A stretch of 62,978 bases of DNA, counting the filler, from Hyphochytrium catenoides (lineage: Eukaryota; Protista; Hyphochytriomycota): the NCBI GenBank assembly GCA_900088475.1. It is 9 parts of 9 records of this genome, joined end to end, with 100 filler letters (N's around TTAATTAATTAA, not from the genome) between each part and the next. Parts side by side here need not be neighbours in the genome. Positions count along the whole stretch, not along the records: positions 20,649 to 33,630 come from FLMG01002793.1; positions 33,731 to 41,839 come from FLMG01000244.1; 7 more parts are not named here. The stretch is one strand, 5' to 3'. This document shows positions 24,852 through 35,550 of this stretch, in pieces (position 1 is the stretch's first letter; every line of letters begins with the position of its first letter). A program made the translations under genes and the position numbers. The notes below the pieces were generated by a model. It made no database searches. It was not told the origin of the DNA and worked only from the letters and a program-made list of their open reading frames with translations.

Positions 24852-25163
24852 AACCTTTTTGAAGCGGCTCCTGAAGATCATGACGACTGCCACTCAGCTG
24901 ATCGTAAGACAAGAACTCAAAGACGCCATTCATCATTTTCCCCCGCCTTTTGCTCTCTTCACTCGCTCTGTCTCTTCTCTGCCGTACTGCAGTCCTTCAC
25001 TGTCCTTCTCTCTTTTTCTCTTTCTCGAAAAAAAGTCTCTCTCCTTCTTTGAAGCCATTGATCTTAGGTTGCCCCTTTTCCAAATGTCTCCTGGGTTTGT
25101 TGCCCTTGAGGTTGGGACATTACGACAGAAGCAAAAGACAGTTTGTTGACAACAAGACTGCGT

Positions 25164-25215
<52 letters not shown>

Positions 25216-26092
25216 TTCTCTTTTTCTCTCTCTCTTCCTCTCCGTCTCATCTTTCTATCCTTCTGTCTATCGTCTCCCTTTATTTTGCGCAAACCTTTAT
25301 GTCTTCCCTTACTGGCTCTCTTACCGATCAGTCTTGCCGCAAGATCCCTCTTTGTTCTTCTTTTGGCTATTGAGGTTGTGATCTCTCTCTCTCTTTCTCT
25401 CTCGCCTCCCTCCCGTCTCTCTCTCTCTCTTTGTCTCTCTCTCTCTCGTTTTCGGATCTCTTCTCTTGTGTACACGTCTTGCCCGTCCTTCAACTTCAAA
25501 CCTTGCCACAGGATTATTACGACAGGAAGGGCGCATGGAGCTCTTCTAATCATGAAGGGGAGAGAAGACACTGGCTGAGAGAAAGAGAGAGAACGAAGAG
25601 AGAGAAGTATAGATAGATAGATAGGTAGATAGATAGATAGATAGGGAGAGAGAGAGAGAGAAAGAAGAGGTTGTTCGTGCTTATTTTGCAGCCAAGGAAG
25701 ATATGACATCCGATTTCCTCCATTCGTAGCTCGAATGCCCCAGTTTCTTCTCACTTCCTCTTCTCTTCTCTTTCTCTTTCTTTTCTCTTGTTCTTTCTTC
25801 TCTCTCTGTCTCTCTTTCTTCCTCTACCTTCTCTTTCCCTGTTGGCTGTCTCTCCCTCTTTCTCTGTCTCGCCCTTCTATCTCACTTCTCCTTGTCCTGC
25901 CTGCACTTCCGACGCTCTCACGTGATTCTGTCTCTTCTGTTTTGGACACTAAACTGAATTAGACTCATGGCTGTTGTTTGTCTCTTGTCCCTCTCTCTCT
26001 CGCTTTTGCCCCGTCCTGTCTCCCTTTCCACCTGCCCTTCTCTTTATCTCCTACCCAAAGCAGGAGAGAGAGAGAGAAGAGAAAGAGAGAGA

Positions 26093-26154
<62 letters not shown>

Positions 26155-26314
26155 GGAAAAAGGAGTCAAGAGAAGGGCAGAACTTCAGTTTAGACGCTGC
26201 GTGTGCACTGAGTTTGTACCCGCGAGCGTCAGATTGTTGTCCGCCGCCTAGTTGCGCAAGAAAGGGAAGACAAGGAACGAAAGAGAGAGAGATTGGTGGC
26301 AAAAGAGGAAAAAC

Positions 26315-26353
<39 letters not shown>

Positions 26354-26514
26354 GAAAAAGAGGCTGGGATTATCTTCCTGTCTATTCCTCTCGTCGGACT
26401 TATGGGCGTAGAGTGGTGGCTGCGCAGGTGATGATCTTCAGGTGATGAAGGAGCTTCTTTGTCCTTCCCTCCATCATCGTCACATTGTAAATTTGAGCTC
26501 CTGCTCTGAACTCA

Positions 26515-26555
<41 letters not shown>

Positions 26556-27060
26556 TCTCTCTGTGTCTCTCCCTATTTTTCTCTTCTTCTGCTTTCCACT
26601 GCTTTTAGCGAATCTCTGCCTCTCCTTCTCTCCTTTTCTCTTCTCGTCTTTTTCTACTACTCTGGCTCCACTAAAAAGTCGCCTTCATTCGTTAAGAAAC
26701 ACACTTTCTCTCTCTCACTCTGTCTCTGTGTGTCTCTCTCCCCAAGGTGTCTCTCCTCTCCCTTTCCCTTCTGCTTGCCCACGTCTGGCTGGAAAAGGAT
26801 GAGAAGGGCGATGAATCAGCCTAGTCTTGCATTCTCCTACTATCTCTCTTTCTCTTCTCTTCTTTCTCTCTCTCCCTCTCTCTCTCTTATTTCTCTTTGT
26901 CTCTTGCCCATGTTGTCTTCGTCTGCTCCTTTCCGGATAGGAGAGAGCTTCTTCTTGCCTTTCTAATCCCTCATCATTCTCCAAATTTCTCTCTCTTCTC
27001 CACATCCATCAGGAGAAGAAGAAGACAAAGCCTCGCTGCCTACGTGAAAACGAAAGAAAG
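24596..27060. repeat. Dense (AG)n/(CT)n and (AGAT)n microsatellite region; such tracts fill most introns and intergenic DNA in the window
   Basis: Long perfect dinucleotide runs, e.g. about 24793-24846, 25166-25211 and 26096-26150; AGAT run about 25608-25643. Confidence 0.95.
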
Positions 27061-27129
27061 GAAGAGAAACTCTTTCTCTCTCCTCCTCAACATTTAAAAG
27101 CAGCAAGGAATAATCCAACGAAAAGGACA

Positions 27130-27380
27130 ATGATCAGCCTAGGAAAGACAGCTCTCTTGAGCTTTCTCTCTCTCTCTTTCTCTCTTTCCTCTCTCTCCTC
27201 TCTCCCGCGTGCGGTGGAGGCGCTGGCTCCTGGTCCTAAGGATGTGACTGCAGTGCTTTTTGAATGGAAGTTTGAGTCGATCGAGAGAGAGTGCGAGAAA
27301 CTAGGGAAGCTTGGCTATGGATTTGTTCAAGTCTCTCCTCCTCAGGAGCATATCCAAGGCTCCGAATGGTGGTAAGTGAA

Positions 27381-27432
<52 letters not shown>

Positions 27433-27620
27433 AAAGCAGGAAATAGAAGAGCTTAATGAGAGAAGAAAACAATGATAGAGAGAGACAAAAGGTTAGAGGG
27501 GCTATTTTTCTTCTTCGTTCGTATGTTCCTTCCTCTTGTTCTTTCTCCTTTGTCTTCTTGCTTAAATTAATGTCTCTCTCTCTTCTTCTTCCTCCTCTCT
27601 CTCCCACGCTCTTTCTTTCT

Positions 27621-27656
<36 letters not shown>

Positions 27657-28887
27657 CTTTCTCACAAAAAGGACGAGTTACCAGCCTGTGAGCTATAAAA
27701 TCGCGGGGCGCCTGGGTGACCGTGAGGCCTTCAAGAAAATGGTAGATACCTGCAATCGTGCCGGCGTAAAAATCATCGCCGATGCTGTTATCAACCACAT
27801 GTCAGCAGGGGGCCGCGGGGCTCCAGGAACTGGAGGATCCCCGTTCACAAAGTATAACTACCCTGGTATCTACCAGGACCAAGATTTTCACCGCTGTCGA
27901 TCTAACATTGAAGGTGGCGATTATACCAGTAANNNNNNNNNNNNNNNNNNNNNNNNNNNNNNNNNNTCTCTCTCTCTCTCCCTCCCTCTCTTTCTTTCTT
28001 AGGGCTTGTTCCTCTCTCTCAGAGTTTGCTGCTCTCTCTCGCTCTCTCTTCGTTCCTTGGCCTCTTCTTGCCCAATGAACAGATCTTCTTCTATATTTTG
28101 TTAGTACTTTTACCTCTTGCTGCTGCCTCTTTATTTCCCATCATTCATTCTTCTCTACTTCTCTGTTCTCCGTAGTCCCTTCTTGCCCTCCTCATCTCTT
28201 CTTCTCACTCTCTTTGTCTGTCATCTTTGTCCTCTCTCTCTCTCTCTCTGCTTCTCTTTTCCCCACCGATCTTCTCTCTCTCTCTCCCATTCCTCTCTCT
28301 CTCTCTTTCACCCAGGAAACCGCCAGCGCGTCCAGGAGTGCGAACTTGAAAGCCTGGCCGACTTGGACACGAGCTCCGAGTATGTCCGTCAACGGATTGC
28401 GCAGTACTTTAATGACCTGCTCGACCTGGGCGTCACCGGCTTTAGGGTGGACGCGGTCAAGCATATGGCTCCTCAGGATCTGGCTGGGATCAAGGCCAAG
28501 ATCAAGAACCCGAGTGTTTATTGGGCACAAGAGGTGATCTTTGGCGCGGGAGAGGCGATCAAGCCTGAAGAGTATCTGGGCACGGGAGAAGTTCAAGGTA
28601 ATAATTGACGCATCCTTCTTCAAAAACAATGGAATTAGGGTACAATGCCAGCAAAAAGGGAGGAAAAAGAAAGTAGAGCAGTAGTGATGAAGTAGGCAAT
28701 AATGGAGAAGAGAGGAGAAAAGATAAACGAGAAAAAAATGGAAGGAGGTGAGAGAGGCCGCAATAGTAATAAGAGAGAAGTCGAAAGTAGAGAAGAGCGA
28801 GTTTTCAATAGTGGGAGATAGAAAGAGGAGGGTGGTGGTCTTCTGCCCTATTCAGAACCTGGATCCAAGCTCTCTCTCCTCTCTCTC

Positions 28888-28920
<33 letters not shown>

Positions 28921-30072
28921 TCCGCGCTTTCTTTCTCCTCCCACTTCATCTCATCACTCATCCCTTCACACATACTGACATCATTCTCACTTCTCCTCAA
29001 TGCAGAGTTCCGCTACTCTACGACTCTGAAGGCTGCCTTCCAGCGTACCGACCAAAAGCTCGCCAACCTCAAGAACTTTGGTGAATCGTGGGGCTTTCTG
29101 AAGAGCGAACAGGCCAACGTCTTCGTGACCAACCATGACACCGAGCGCAACGGGATGACGCTCTCCTTCAGAGACAACAATCGTTACACTCTCGCCCATG
29201 TTTTCATGCTTGCTTGGCCGTATGGGACGGCGGGAGTGCACTCCGGGTACGATTTTTCTCAGAGCAACACGGGCCAGGGGCCGCCCAACGGCGGGACGGT
29301 CCGGAATTGTCACCAGGACGGCTGGCAGTGCCAACATACCTGGCGGCCGATCGCGAACATGGTCCAATTTCGGAATGCCGTCCGAGGAGAGCCGGTAACG
29401 GACTGGTGGGATAACGGGCAGCATGCGATAGCCTTCGGTCGGGGCCGGAAGGGCTTTGTTGTCCTAAACAATGAGGACGGTCCTATTACACAGGTGTTCA
29501 AGACCAGCCTGGCCCCTGGCCGGTATTGTGACGTCCAACACGGAGATGTGACCGAAAGTGGGACCTGTTCCGGACCGACGGTCGATGTTGACGCTAACGG
29601 CCAGTTCTCGGCCACGGTCCCGGCCCAGGAGGCGATTGCCCTTTATCGGATGATCGGCGGCTCTTCCTCCTCCCCTGTCTCTCCCTCTCTCTCTCCCCCG
29701 GCAGGTCCGACTTCTTCTTCTCCTTCTCGTCCAACGAGTGCTCTTCCTCCTCCGGTCACGGGAGGAGAAGGAGCGTCTTTCTCGGTGAGAGCGGAGACGA
29801 AGTGGGGAGAGAACCTCTTCCTTGTGGGGAACATACCCGAGCTTGGCAGCTGGAACCCTTCTCTCTCTCTCCCACTCTCTCCCTCTTCTTACCCTGAGTG
29901 GAAGGTGGATGTACCGCTTTCGGCAGGGAAGAAGTTCGAGTACAAATATATCAAGAAAGAAGAGAGAGACGGAAAGACGACCGTCACCTGGGAAGGAGGA
30001 GAGAACAGAGTTGCGATTGTCCCTTCACAAGGAAGTAAGCGAGCAAGACTAACGGACACATGGCGCAGCTAG
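27130..30072 (+). CDS. amy: Secreted GH13 alpha-amylase (actinobacterial type) with C-terminal CBM20; exons 27130-27371, 27672-27928, 28316-28597, 29006-30072
   Basis: [50 protein letters not shown]; catalytic [12 protein letters not shown] and VTNHDTER; CBM20 [22 protein letters not shown]...FEYKYIKK...WEGGENR. Splice phases are consistent. Confidence 0.95.
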
Positions 30073-30951
30073 ACAGAAAAAAGACAATTCACCGTGAGAG
30101 CAAAGGAAAAAGTGAGAGAGACTGGCCTCATCCTTCCCTTCCTTTATTATCTCTTCCGTTTCTTTCTGCTTCTCCTTTTGCCACTATTTGTTTCCATGCT
30201 TTCTCTCTTTAATTTTCTTATGCTTTTTGTCTGACTGAAGCTTTCTCATTGTCTTTTCCCTTGGAAAAAGAATGGAAAAAGTCTAATGCTCTCTTAATGC
30301 TTTTCTCCAAAAAGATTGTTTTCTCTAATGATGATGATAGAGCTAATGAAGGAACTTTCTTATCTTTCTATCAATAGCGTCTCTTCTTTCTCTTGTCTCT
30401 CTCTCTCTTCCGTTCTTCCTCCTCCTCTCTCTTTCTTCTCCCTCTTCTGCCTTTTGGCTTCTGCGTTTTCTCCCCTGTTAATTCTCTTCTCTCTCCTCCT
30501 GCTGCCTTTTTGGTTCTCCTCGTATTGGCTCTCTCTTGGCTTGTTTGGTTCTTTGTGTCTTTCCTTCTAGCTTGGAGACGGAGGGTAGTAGAGGACAGAG
30601 AGATGGGGGCCACACAAAGAGAGAGAAAGAGAGAAGAGAAGAAGTCCAAGAAGAGATTAGAGGGTAACAGAGGACAGAGAGATGGGGCCACACAGAGACA
30701 GAGAAAGAGAGAAGAGAAGAAGAAGAAGAAGAAGAGAGATAACAAAAGATGAGAAAAGAAAGAGGACGGGAGCTCGGGAAGTCGGGAAAGAGGAAGGAGA
30801 CGAAGAAGTTATGAAAGAGTCAACCAAAGCGCTATTAAGCAAGCTCATTATGTTCAACTTCTTCCTTCTAGAATATTAAGTTAGTCAAGAGATGATGAGA
30901 GAGCTTGACTTTGTCTTTCTCTTCTTCTTCTTCTTCTTCTCTCTGTCTCTG

Positions 30952-30982
<31 letters not shown>

Positions 30983-31004
30983 CCTTCTCTCCCCGTCCTC
31001 TTGT

Positions 31005-33476
31005 TTATCTTCGGCTAGATGCAGCCGCTAGCTCCACCAGCTGCTCCACCTCTTTCTCACAGCTAAAGCCTGTGAAGCCATCCTTGCACTTGCAGCCAGA
31101 AGGGAGGCACTCTCCTCTTCCTCTGCAACTCTCAGGACAGACCTTTGAGCTTCCAAAAGAGAGAAGAGTCGCATCAGAGAGCACATCTTGTCTCTCTTCT
31201 CCCTTCTCCAGCACGTTTGCCGTGATGGTGGCGGACACAACTCGATTGCATTCTCGAATGTATGCCACCTTCGCGCTCTCGATAACGGACAAGTCACCGA
31301 CAGCCATGGCATCGCCGACGCAGAGAGCGTCGATGAAGAGAGACTCAAAGTCTTCCACATACTTGTCACATAGAGGAACGCTCCTGATTGCCTCCGCACA
31401 GACCGCACGGATGGCCTCTTTATCTAGTGAGGAAACGGAAGAGGAAGAGGCAGACGCGAGAGAGACTGTCTCTTCCTGTCGCTCTCCGTCAGAAGAAGAG
31501 AGACCACGAAGCTTAGACGAAGGAGAAGGGCGAAGGCTTGTATAGTTCCTTACAGGAGGAGACAGAGGCCCAGCGCCAAGTTTCTCTATCTTCTCATATC
31601 CCTTATGCAGGAGAGAGACGTCCTCAGAAGAGAGAAAACTCAAGTCATCTTCAGAGAGAGAAGAGACAACCTCTTGACAACCATCATTGATGCAGGAGAA
31701 GAGCGCGTCATTCACTTTATGAAGAGCGGCCAACTTTGCGGCGTTCCTCTCATCATTGTCCATATTGCCGTCCCAATTTCCTAGTAAACCGGTCGTGGAC
31801 GGATCCTTAAAGGCCGGGGACAGCTGAACAGCGACGTTGAGATGCGGATAATCAAACGCCGTCCACCTGCTGCAGAACACGTCCACATAGGTCGCCTGGT
31901 CCGCCTCAATAAAGATTCGGTAGCCTTCCGACCGGCGGCCGGCTAATTTCTCAATGGACAGCGCTCGGGTCGCTGACGTCGTTGGCGTTCCAGTTGAATA
32001 TAACAGCTTCCCCTCCTCAGTAAGCATCATTCGGACAACCGCAGGTCCGAAGCTCACAGCGACGCCCTGAATGCAACTGGGCGCCTTGTCCACACCACGG
32101 CCTATCGGTCCACATTTCTCCTGATAGAGATGGACCTTGAGGTTCTTGGACTCGAGTAGGCGGTAAAAGCCGGCCTCTTGGAAGTCAAATGTTAGGCCGT
32201 CCAAGGACCGGAAATGTGGATCGCCGTTGGCTTGACCGATCACGTTGCCTTTGACTTTGCGATTCAAGTCGAGTTGCTGCGTGCAGAAAGCAGACGTGCT
32301 GGATAGCCAATCTGCACGGACTTTGATGGTGTTTGACAAGATCTGTCCTTCCTTATCCGTGGTCGGACCGGTTGTCGAGCGAACCTTGAGCGCCTGGCAT
32401 TCCTCGTCGTCCGGACCGCCAAACGTCAGCTTCTTCTTGTCGAAAACCACGGCGTCGGACCCTGAAAGATGAACGACAACCTTCTTCTTCTTCTTCTCGT
32501 CGTCATTCATGGCGTTCTTTCCTCCAGGGCCAAGGCAGATCTTCCCTTTCAACACCTCGCCATCCACGAGGCAGTCCGGACAGTCTTTGGGGCCGTCGAG
32601 TTTTATCTCGAGAAGGTCGGCCGGGCAGGTCGGTGCTGGTTGACCGACCACCACTGGCCGACGATTGAGCGGAATCCGAGCATTCTGCGGAGGGTTCTTG
32701 GGATCGTTGGTGACCGATCCTCTGTATAGTCGGATATTGTCCACATCGATCGTCCCGGTAACGCCACCGCGGGTCAGGACCCAGAAGTAGATCGTGGACG
32801 GGACCTGACCGCCCGCGGGCACCACGGTCGAGAAGAACCGCCACTGCTGGTAGGTTCCTGGTTGAATGTTCTTAATATGATGATACGTCCGTGTCCCATT
32901 GCCCCAGATAACGTCGATGTAGAAGCCGGCAATCGCGTTATTGGCAGGGATGACCAGGTTCTCTGCCCGGAAGTAGGCGCCAAACGAGAAGGTTGAGGAC
33001 GGCGCAGCAGGAGAAGAAGAGGCAGACGAAGGAGACAGAACGGGATCGACGCGTACTGTTGGCTCCTTTTCTTCACCTTCTCCTCCTCTTCCTCCTCCTC
33101 CCCCCATGAGATCTCTCTTCTCTTGCTCAGTGAGGACCAGAGTGGTGAAGAAGCCATGGTCGTCTCCTTTTGTTGCCTCATTGCGCGAGACAGAGAGAGA
33201 GAGAAACTTGTTGCCGCTGTTGTCAGTAGAGAGAGAATAGCCTTTCCCATGGATCCACCAATAATCGGTGCTTTCAACGGTGGGATTCTTCACGATGTTC
33301 GTGGCTTGCTGCCCAAGGGTCCTCAGATTATCGGCGCCCACGATCGCACCAGCAGGCTTGGCCGTAGCCGTCGTAGTATTCTGTTGACCCGCAGTGAGAC
33401 GAAAGAGAAGGGAGGAGGAGAGGAAGAGGGAAGAAGAAAAGAGAAGAGGGAGAGAGAACAGTCGCAGTGGAGCCAT
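31005..33476 (-). CDS. Secreted protein, intronless, 823 aa: CBM-like beta-sandwich, von Willebrand D domain, C-terminal EGF-like domain
   Basis: Signal peptide; GDPHFRSLDGLTFDFQ and GLLGNWDGNMDND (vWD); CPESCRGRGECLPSGCKCKDGFTGFSCE (EGF); N-terminal ...GTIDVDNIRLY typical of galactose-binding-like folds. Confidence 0.8.
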   Translation of the reverse strand: MAPLRLFSLPLLFSSSLFLSSSLLFRLTAGQQNTTTATAKPAGAIVGADNLRTLGQQATNIVKNPTVESTDYWWIHGKGYSLSTDNSGNKFLSLSVSRNEATKGDDHGFFTTLVLTEQEKRDLMGGGGGRGGEGEEKEPTVRVDPVLSPSSASSSPAAPSSTFSFGAYFRAENLVIPANNAIAGFYIDVIWGNGTRTYHHIKNIQPGTYQQWRFFSTVVPAGGQVPSTIYFWVLTRGGVTGTIDVDNIRLYRGSVTNDPKNPPQNARIPLNRRPVVVGQPAPTCPADLLEIKLDGPKDCPDCLVDGEVLKGKICLGPGGKNAMNDDEKKKKKVVVHLSGSDAVVFDKKKLTFGGPDDEECQALKVRSTTGPTTDKEGQILSNTIKVRADWLSSTSAFCTQQLDLNRKVKGNVIGQANGDPHFRSLDGLTFDFQEAGFYRLLESKNLKVHLYQEKCGPIGRGVDKAPSCIQGVAVSFGPAVVRMMLTEEGKLLYSTGTPTTSATRALSIEKLAGRRSEGYRIFIEADQATYVDVFCSRWTAFDYPHLNVAVQLSPAFKDPSTTGLLGNWDGNMDNDERNAAKLAALHKVNDALFSCINDGCQEVVSSLSEDDLSFLSSEDVSLLHKGYEKIEKLGAGPLSPPVRNYTSLRPSPSSKLRGLSSSDGERQEETVSLASASSSSVSSLDKEAIRAVCAEAIRSVPLCDKYVEDFESLFIDALCVGDAMAVGDLSVIESAKVAYIRECNRVVSATITANVLEKGEERQDVLSDATLLSFGSSKVCPESCRGRGECLPSGCKCKDGFTGFSCEKEVEQLVELAAASSRR

Positions 33477-35550
33477 TGCTCTTCTTCTCGCTCGTGTTCT
33501 TCGCGCTGAACACCGAGAAGAGGGAAGAAACGGGATAAGAGAGAGTGTGTTTGTGGTGCAGATAGCGTTCTATTATGTGGTTTGTTTCCCGGGATTGGCG
33601 GTTTTGAAAATGATGATGACAACCCTAGTGNNNNNNNNNNNNNNNNNNNNNNNNNNNNNNNNNNNNNNNNNNNNTTAATTAATTAANNNNNNNNNNNNNN
33701 NNNNNNNNNNNNNNNNNNNNNNNNNNNNNNGACAGAGCACCTTCTCTCTCTCTCACTCTCTTGAGATCTGCTTCAGTCTCTCCTCTTGAGATCTACTGCA
33801 TCAGATTCTCATACTACACGCCGAGTATGAGGAGGAAGAAGACGTCGTAGAGCCATAGTTAACAGCAGGTAATAAGAATAAGCTGGTCCCCAACAAAGCC
33901 TAGCAATGCCTGCAAGAAAATGAAGAAGATTTGCTCTAGCAATGCCTGCAAGAAGCCGTTCACATAAAAATGAAGAAGATTTGCCCAGCCGCAGAAGAAG
34001 AAGAACGACGACGCCCCCAGAAGAAGACCAGCGGAGGAGAAAGTAGTTCAGTCCGCCTAGTAGAGCACCCAGCATGCCTCACACGTCACCTTTGCTTTTT
34101 TGATATCATAAGAAGGGTCTGGGTAATAAGGTAACTTCTTGTACTTAACAAGAAAGTTGTTCTTCCTCCTCTGGATTCATGTCCTGGTGCTATTAGTAGT
34201 AGAAGCGCCGACCAACATTTACAAAGAAGAGGGATAGAGCGGTGTTACTCCACTATCAGTAATAGCAGGGCGGGGACCACCACCACCTACATATTATTTA
34301 TAAAGAACTGGATGGAGGAGTCTCTAGTCGGTACCCGGAAGAAGGGACAGAAGAGGTTCTTTATGATGACTACTATTGTCGGACCACCACCCAGGACGGG
34401 AGCCAAGTAATAAGCAAAGCATGGATGATGATGGCCGCCGCGCGCCCTACTTCCTCTGCATTATTATTAGTTAGTTTGCTGCTGTGTAGATGAATAATGA
34501 TGAAGGCGGTGGCGGCGATCGGCACCACGAACCCCACAGCCTACTGCCAATGATGGCGGTGATGTCGCTTTTTTGTGTAGTGATGATGATAGCGTCCGTG
34601 GTTCTCACTCTATCTATTCGTTTTCAGTTCTTTCCATCACGATGATGATCATGCTCCTGCATCAAGCCGCTGTAAGTACTAGTAATTAATAATCGAAGGA
34701 ACTCCTGTTCTTCTGTAGAACTAAAAGCCTGCAGCCCGCCGTCCTTGTCCGAATATGTCCGGAAGTGGTGTTGGCTGAGGATGGCCGTTAGCGGTAGGAA
34801 ATGTGTTTTCCACCCTTCATCAGAACTTTCAAACACGAACGCAGAGACTGCACTGGAGGCGCAGCAGCAGCAGCAGCAGGCTGTTCGTTCTGATGATGAT
34901 GACAGGCCCCAATGAATGATGATGGTGGCAGAGAGGAGAGGTTTCTTTACCAACTGCACGAGGCAGGGTCAGTGACCGTCTTCTTGATTTGGAGCTCCCA
35001 CATGCTTCTTCTTTCTTCCTGGTCGACATTCCCACCGTCCCCGCTGCGCAGGCCTGGTGTCAAACCCCTGGGTGGTGGCCTTACTGGAGTGTAGACTCAT
35101 TGAGGGATCAGAAGCCAACTCTAATTGCCGCCCCTGCTCTAGAGGGAAGGTGATCATATATAGAGATGATAGTGCTTTCATGATGTCTATTGACGTAGTG
35201 TTGCTTTCCTGTCACACCCAGACGGTAGATGTGTGTGCGTAAAGAAGCGTTGGCTTAGCATGCCAGGGCGTAGGTTGTGGAAGGGGGGAAAGAGATTGCT
35301 GATGCAACGTCCTTTGCTGGTGCATCGTTGTCCGCGAGGACTTTAATGGAGGACGCGCAGTGCAACCCTGAATCAAGCTACAAGTGCTGTTGCCACAGAC
35401 AGTGAGCTGAAACAAAGAAGGTGCAGAACCGCTTAAGAGTGGTTCTCTCCGGTCTCAACGGAGATCTACAACTCTTGTTCTGCTCTCCTTAAAAAAGCAG
35501 CGCTTGACTGGCCTCCCTATCCATAACTCCGAAGGTTTCTATTATTGAGG

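Noticed and set aside
24568-27097. Many LSLSLS / RERERE ORFs here and across the window
   Set aside because: Translations of (CT)n/(AG)n microsatellites, which lack stops by construction
30588-30725. Short tandem duplication AGAGGACAGAGAGATGGGG..., and a similar one at 33900-33985
   Set aside because: Two-copy local slippage in low-complexity intergenic DNA; no repeat-spacer structure, so not CRISPR-like
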